A DNA stretch of 8,792 bases from Thecamonas trahens ATCC 50062. Its lineage: Eukaryota; Protista; Apusomonadida. Under the pieces are notes generated by a model. That model had not been told where the DNA came from, searched no databases, and saw only the letters and a list, made by a program, of their open reading frames with translations. The stretch spans positions 1-8,792 of the forward strand of contig NW_013657594.1 of NCBI RefSeq assembly GCF_000142905.1, written 5' to 3'. Of this stretch, positions 6,830 through 8,792 are shown piece by piece. Numbering within the stretch: the stretch's first letter is position 1; every line of letters starts with the position of its first letter. The translations under genes and the position numbers were made by a program.

Positions 6830-8677
6830 ATGTTCCGCACTCTTGGACGCAGCGTGTGCCAGATGGCGCCTGCCATGACCACGGCCTTTGCCAGCTCTGC
6901 CTCGGGCCTTGCTGCCTCGGTCGCCTCCACTGCCAGCATCGGCGCCGCCATCGGCGCCGCCCGCGCCTTCTCGGCCTCGGCTGCCGCCATGACCTCCACC
7001 AAGGTACCTCCCTCTCCCACTCTCTCCCCTCCACCCCCTCGTCCCCCTTCCCCGCCCTGCCTCCCCCCCCCCCCCCCCACCCCACCACCCCGTCCTCTCG
7101 CCGGCCTTTGTCCTGCCCGCGCTGCAGCAGTGACGATCACGATCGAGTGCGATCGTGATCGATCGCGCCATGAGTGACCATGATTGACCATGGTCGACGT
7201 CGGTCGCACAGCCACAGCTGAAACAGGACGCCGCAACTGCTGTCATAGCCACAGTTGCGGCTCCCGATCACTAGCGCTTGCTCTGATCACGCCTATGGTC
7301 ACGATCGTGATCGTCGTTGCTGTGCTTGAGATCAGCCTCTTTCTTCCCTTCCTCCTCGATCATCTACCATGACGATCAGCATCCCTACCTCTCCCCACCA
7401 CGGCTGGCGTCAGCTTGCGGCGTTTGCAATGTGGTTGATTCTCCGCCAATTTGTGGGGCAAGCATCAGCAGGGCCTAGACCATTGACCGAGAATGGCTCA
7501 ATTTGGAAGTGAGGCGAGCGTCATGCATTGACACGAGATTAATGGTAGATGGAACGATTATTGTTGAGGTGGCCACCACCGCACTCACCACCCTTGCAAC
7601 AACCATGGCTGCCTCCTCGTCGTCTGCCTCTGCTCAGATCCAGAAGCCCGCCCCGCACTTTGCCGGCACTGCTGTTGTCGACGGCGATTTCAAGAAGATC
7701 TCCCTCGATGACTACAAGGGTACGTCCTCCACCACTCCCCTCCCCCCCCCACTCATCCCCATACCCCCCCCCCCCCTCCTTCCCACACGCCCTTCCTCCC
7801 GCAGCTGCAGGTCGCCTGCGCTTCATGATTTTTTCCCAACGAAAGCCATGTGGTTGCCGACGCGCCCTCGCCTCCCCTCCCTTTCCCTCCCCCCCTCCTC
7901 CCTCCCCCCTCCTCCCTCCCGTCCACCGCATACCATATCATCTGTTCTCCATTCCCACCTCTGCCTTCTCCGCCTTCTCCGCCATGGCAACGCTGGCACT
8001 GCCAACTGCCGTACTCGGCCAGGCGCTGCGGATCCTAGCCATGATCGATCACCGTTGATCATGAACATGATCACGACCACGACCACGATCATGATCACAA
8101 CCCCCCCCCCCTCCCCTCCACGCACCAACATACTGCTGTCATGGACTCACCCATACCCCCCACCTCCTTTGCGCACCGCACAGGCCAGTGGCTCGTGTTC
8201 TTCTTCTACCCGCTCGACTTCACCTTTGTCTGCCCGACTGAGATCATCGCGTTCTCGGACCGCGTGGAGGAGTTCAAGGCGATCGGCGCCGAGGTTGTCG
8301 GCTGCTCGGTCGACTCTGAGTTCTCGCACCTCGCGTGGATCAACACCCCGCGCAAGCAGGGTGGCCTTGGCGAGATGAAGATCCCGCTGCTCTCGGACAT
8401 CACCAAGCAGGTCTCGCGCGACTACGGTGTCCTCCTTGAGGACGAGGGCATCTCCCTCCGTGGTCTCTTCATCATCGACCCGACCGGCACCCTCCGCCAG
8501 ATCACCGTCAACGACCTCCCTGTCGGCCGCTCCGTCGACGAGACCCTCCGCCTCATCAAGGCCTTCCAGTTTGTTGAGGAGCACGGCGAGGTCTGCCCTG
8601 CCAACTGGACCCCTGGTGAGTCGACCATCAAGCCTGAGGTCGCTGCCTCCAAGGAGTACTTTGAGGCCGCCAACTAA
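6830..8677 (+). CDS. PRDX: Typical 2-Cys peroxiredoxin (AhpC/Prx1 subfamily), mitochondrial-precursor isoform. Exons 6830-7003, 7638-7719 and 8184-8677, 249 aa.
   Basis: Peroxidatic motif [14 protein letters not shown], resolving motif GEVCPANW, and GGLG and C-terminal YF motifs. Exon 2 reads [28 protein letters not shown]. Exon 1 ([11 protein letters not shown]...[15 protein letters not shown]) is Ala/Ser/Arg-rich with no acidic residues, like a mitochondrial presequence. All junctions are GT-AG and in frame. Confidence 0.93.
7004..7637 (+). other. Peroxiredoxin intron 1 (phase 0)
   Basis: Donor AAG|GTACCT, ACTCAC at 7583-7588, and the first downstream AG at 7636-7637 (CTCAG|ATC). Confidence 0.82.
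7605..8677 (+). CDS. PRDX: Alternative short (cytosolic-type) peroxiredoxin isoform. Exons 7605-7719 and 8184-8677, 202 aa.
   Basis: In-frame ATG in a strong context (ACAACCATGG) 33 nt upstream of the intron 1 acceptor. It gives [17 protein letters not shown], similar to the yeast Tsa1 N-terminus MVAQVQKQAP. Confidence 0.65.
7720..8183 (+). other. Peroxiredoxin intron 2 (phase 1)
   Basis: Donor AAGG|GTACGT, poly-C tracts, ACTCAC at 8145-8150, acceptor GCACAG|GC. Splicing yields [12 protein letters not shown]. Confidence 0.93.
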
Positions 8678-8792
8678 GCCATCGCCAAAGCCGTCAGCTG
8701 AGCCGGCCTAGCTGGCCGGTGGTTGAGCACCGCATTTTTTTGATGACAACCGCGTGTTGAGTAAACCAGCCACCGTCACCCGATCCGCCGCT

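Noticed and set aside
6371-7177. 268-aa ORF as a separate gene
   Set aside because: Only 6830-7003 looks coding (transit peptide). The rest is 5' region and a poly-Pro read of the intron.
7503-8378. 291-aa ORF and the 8141 start of the peroxiredoxin
   Set aside because: Both read through intron 2. Splicing 7719 to 8184 gives the canonical peroxiredoxin sequence.

Overview
GC-rich, gene-dense eukaryotic DNA with spliceosomal introns, probably from a unicellular protist. The style is reminiscent of an apusomonad such as Thecamonas, but that is only an impression. Four genes are present. (1) A choline transporter-like (SLC44/CTL) gene on +, whose first intron holds a 92-bp minisatellite inside a 600-nt stretch with no AG dinucleotide. 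(2) A single-exon, compact Claspin/Mrc1-like replication checkpoint mediator on +. (3) A small minus-strand gene that the ORF track captures only in part: a candidate SelW/Rdx-like selenoprotein with an in-frame TGA in a Y-S-P-S-U-G-G motif, interrupted by an apparent U2-type AT-AC intron. (4) Head-to-head with gene 3, a typical 2-Cys peroxiredoxin that appears to encode both a mitochondrial isoform (transit-peptide exon) and a cytosolic isoform (ATG inside intron 1). The most interesting signals are the hidden selenoprotein, its non-canonical intron, and the dual-targeted peroxiredoxin next to it. All splice and recoding models are inferred from sequence alone.
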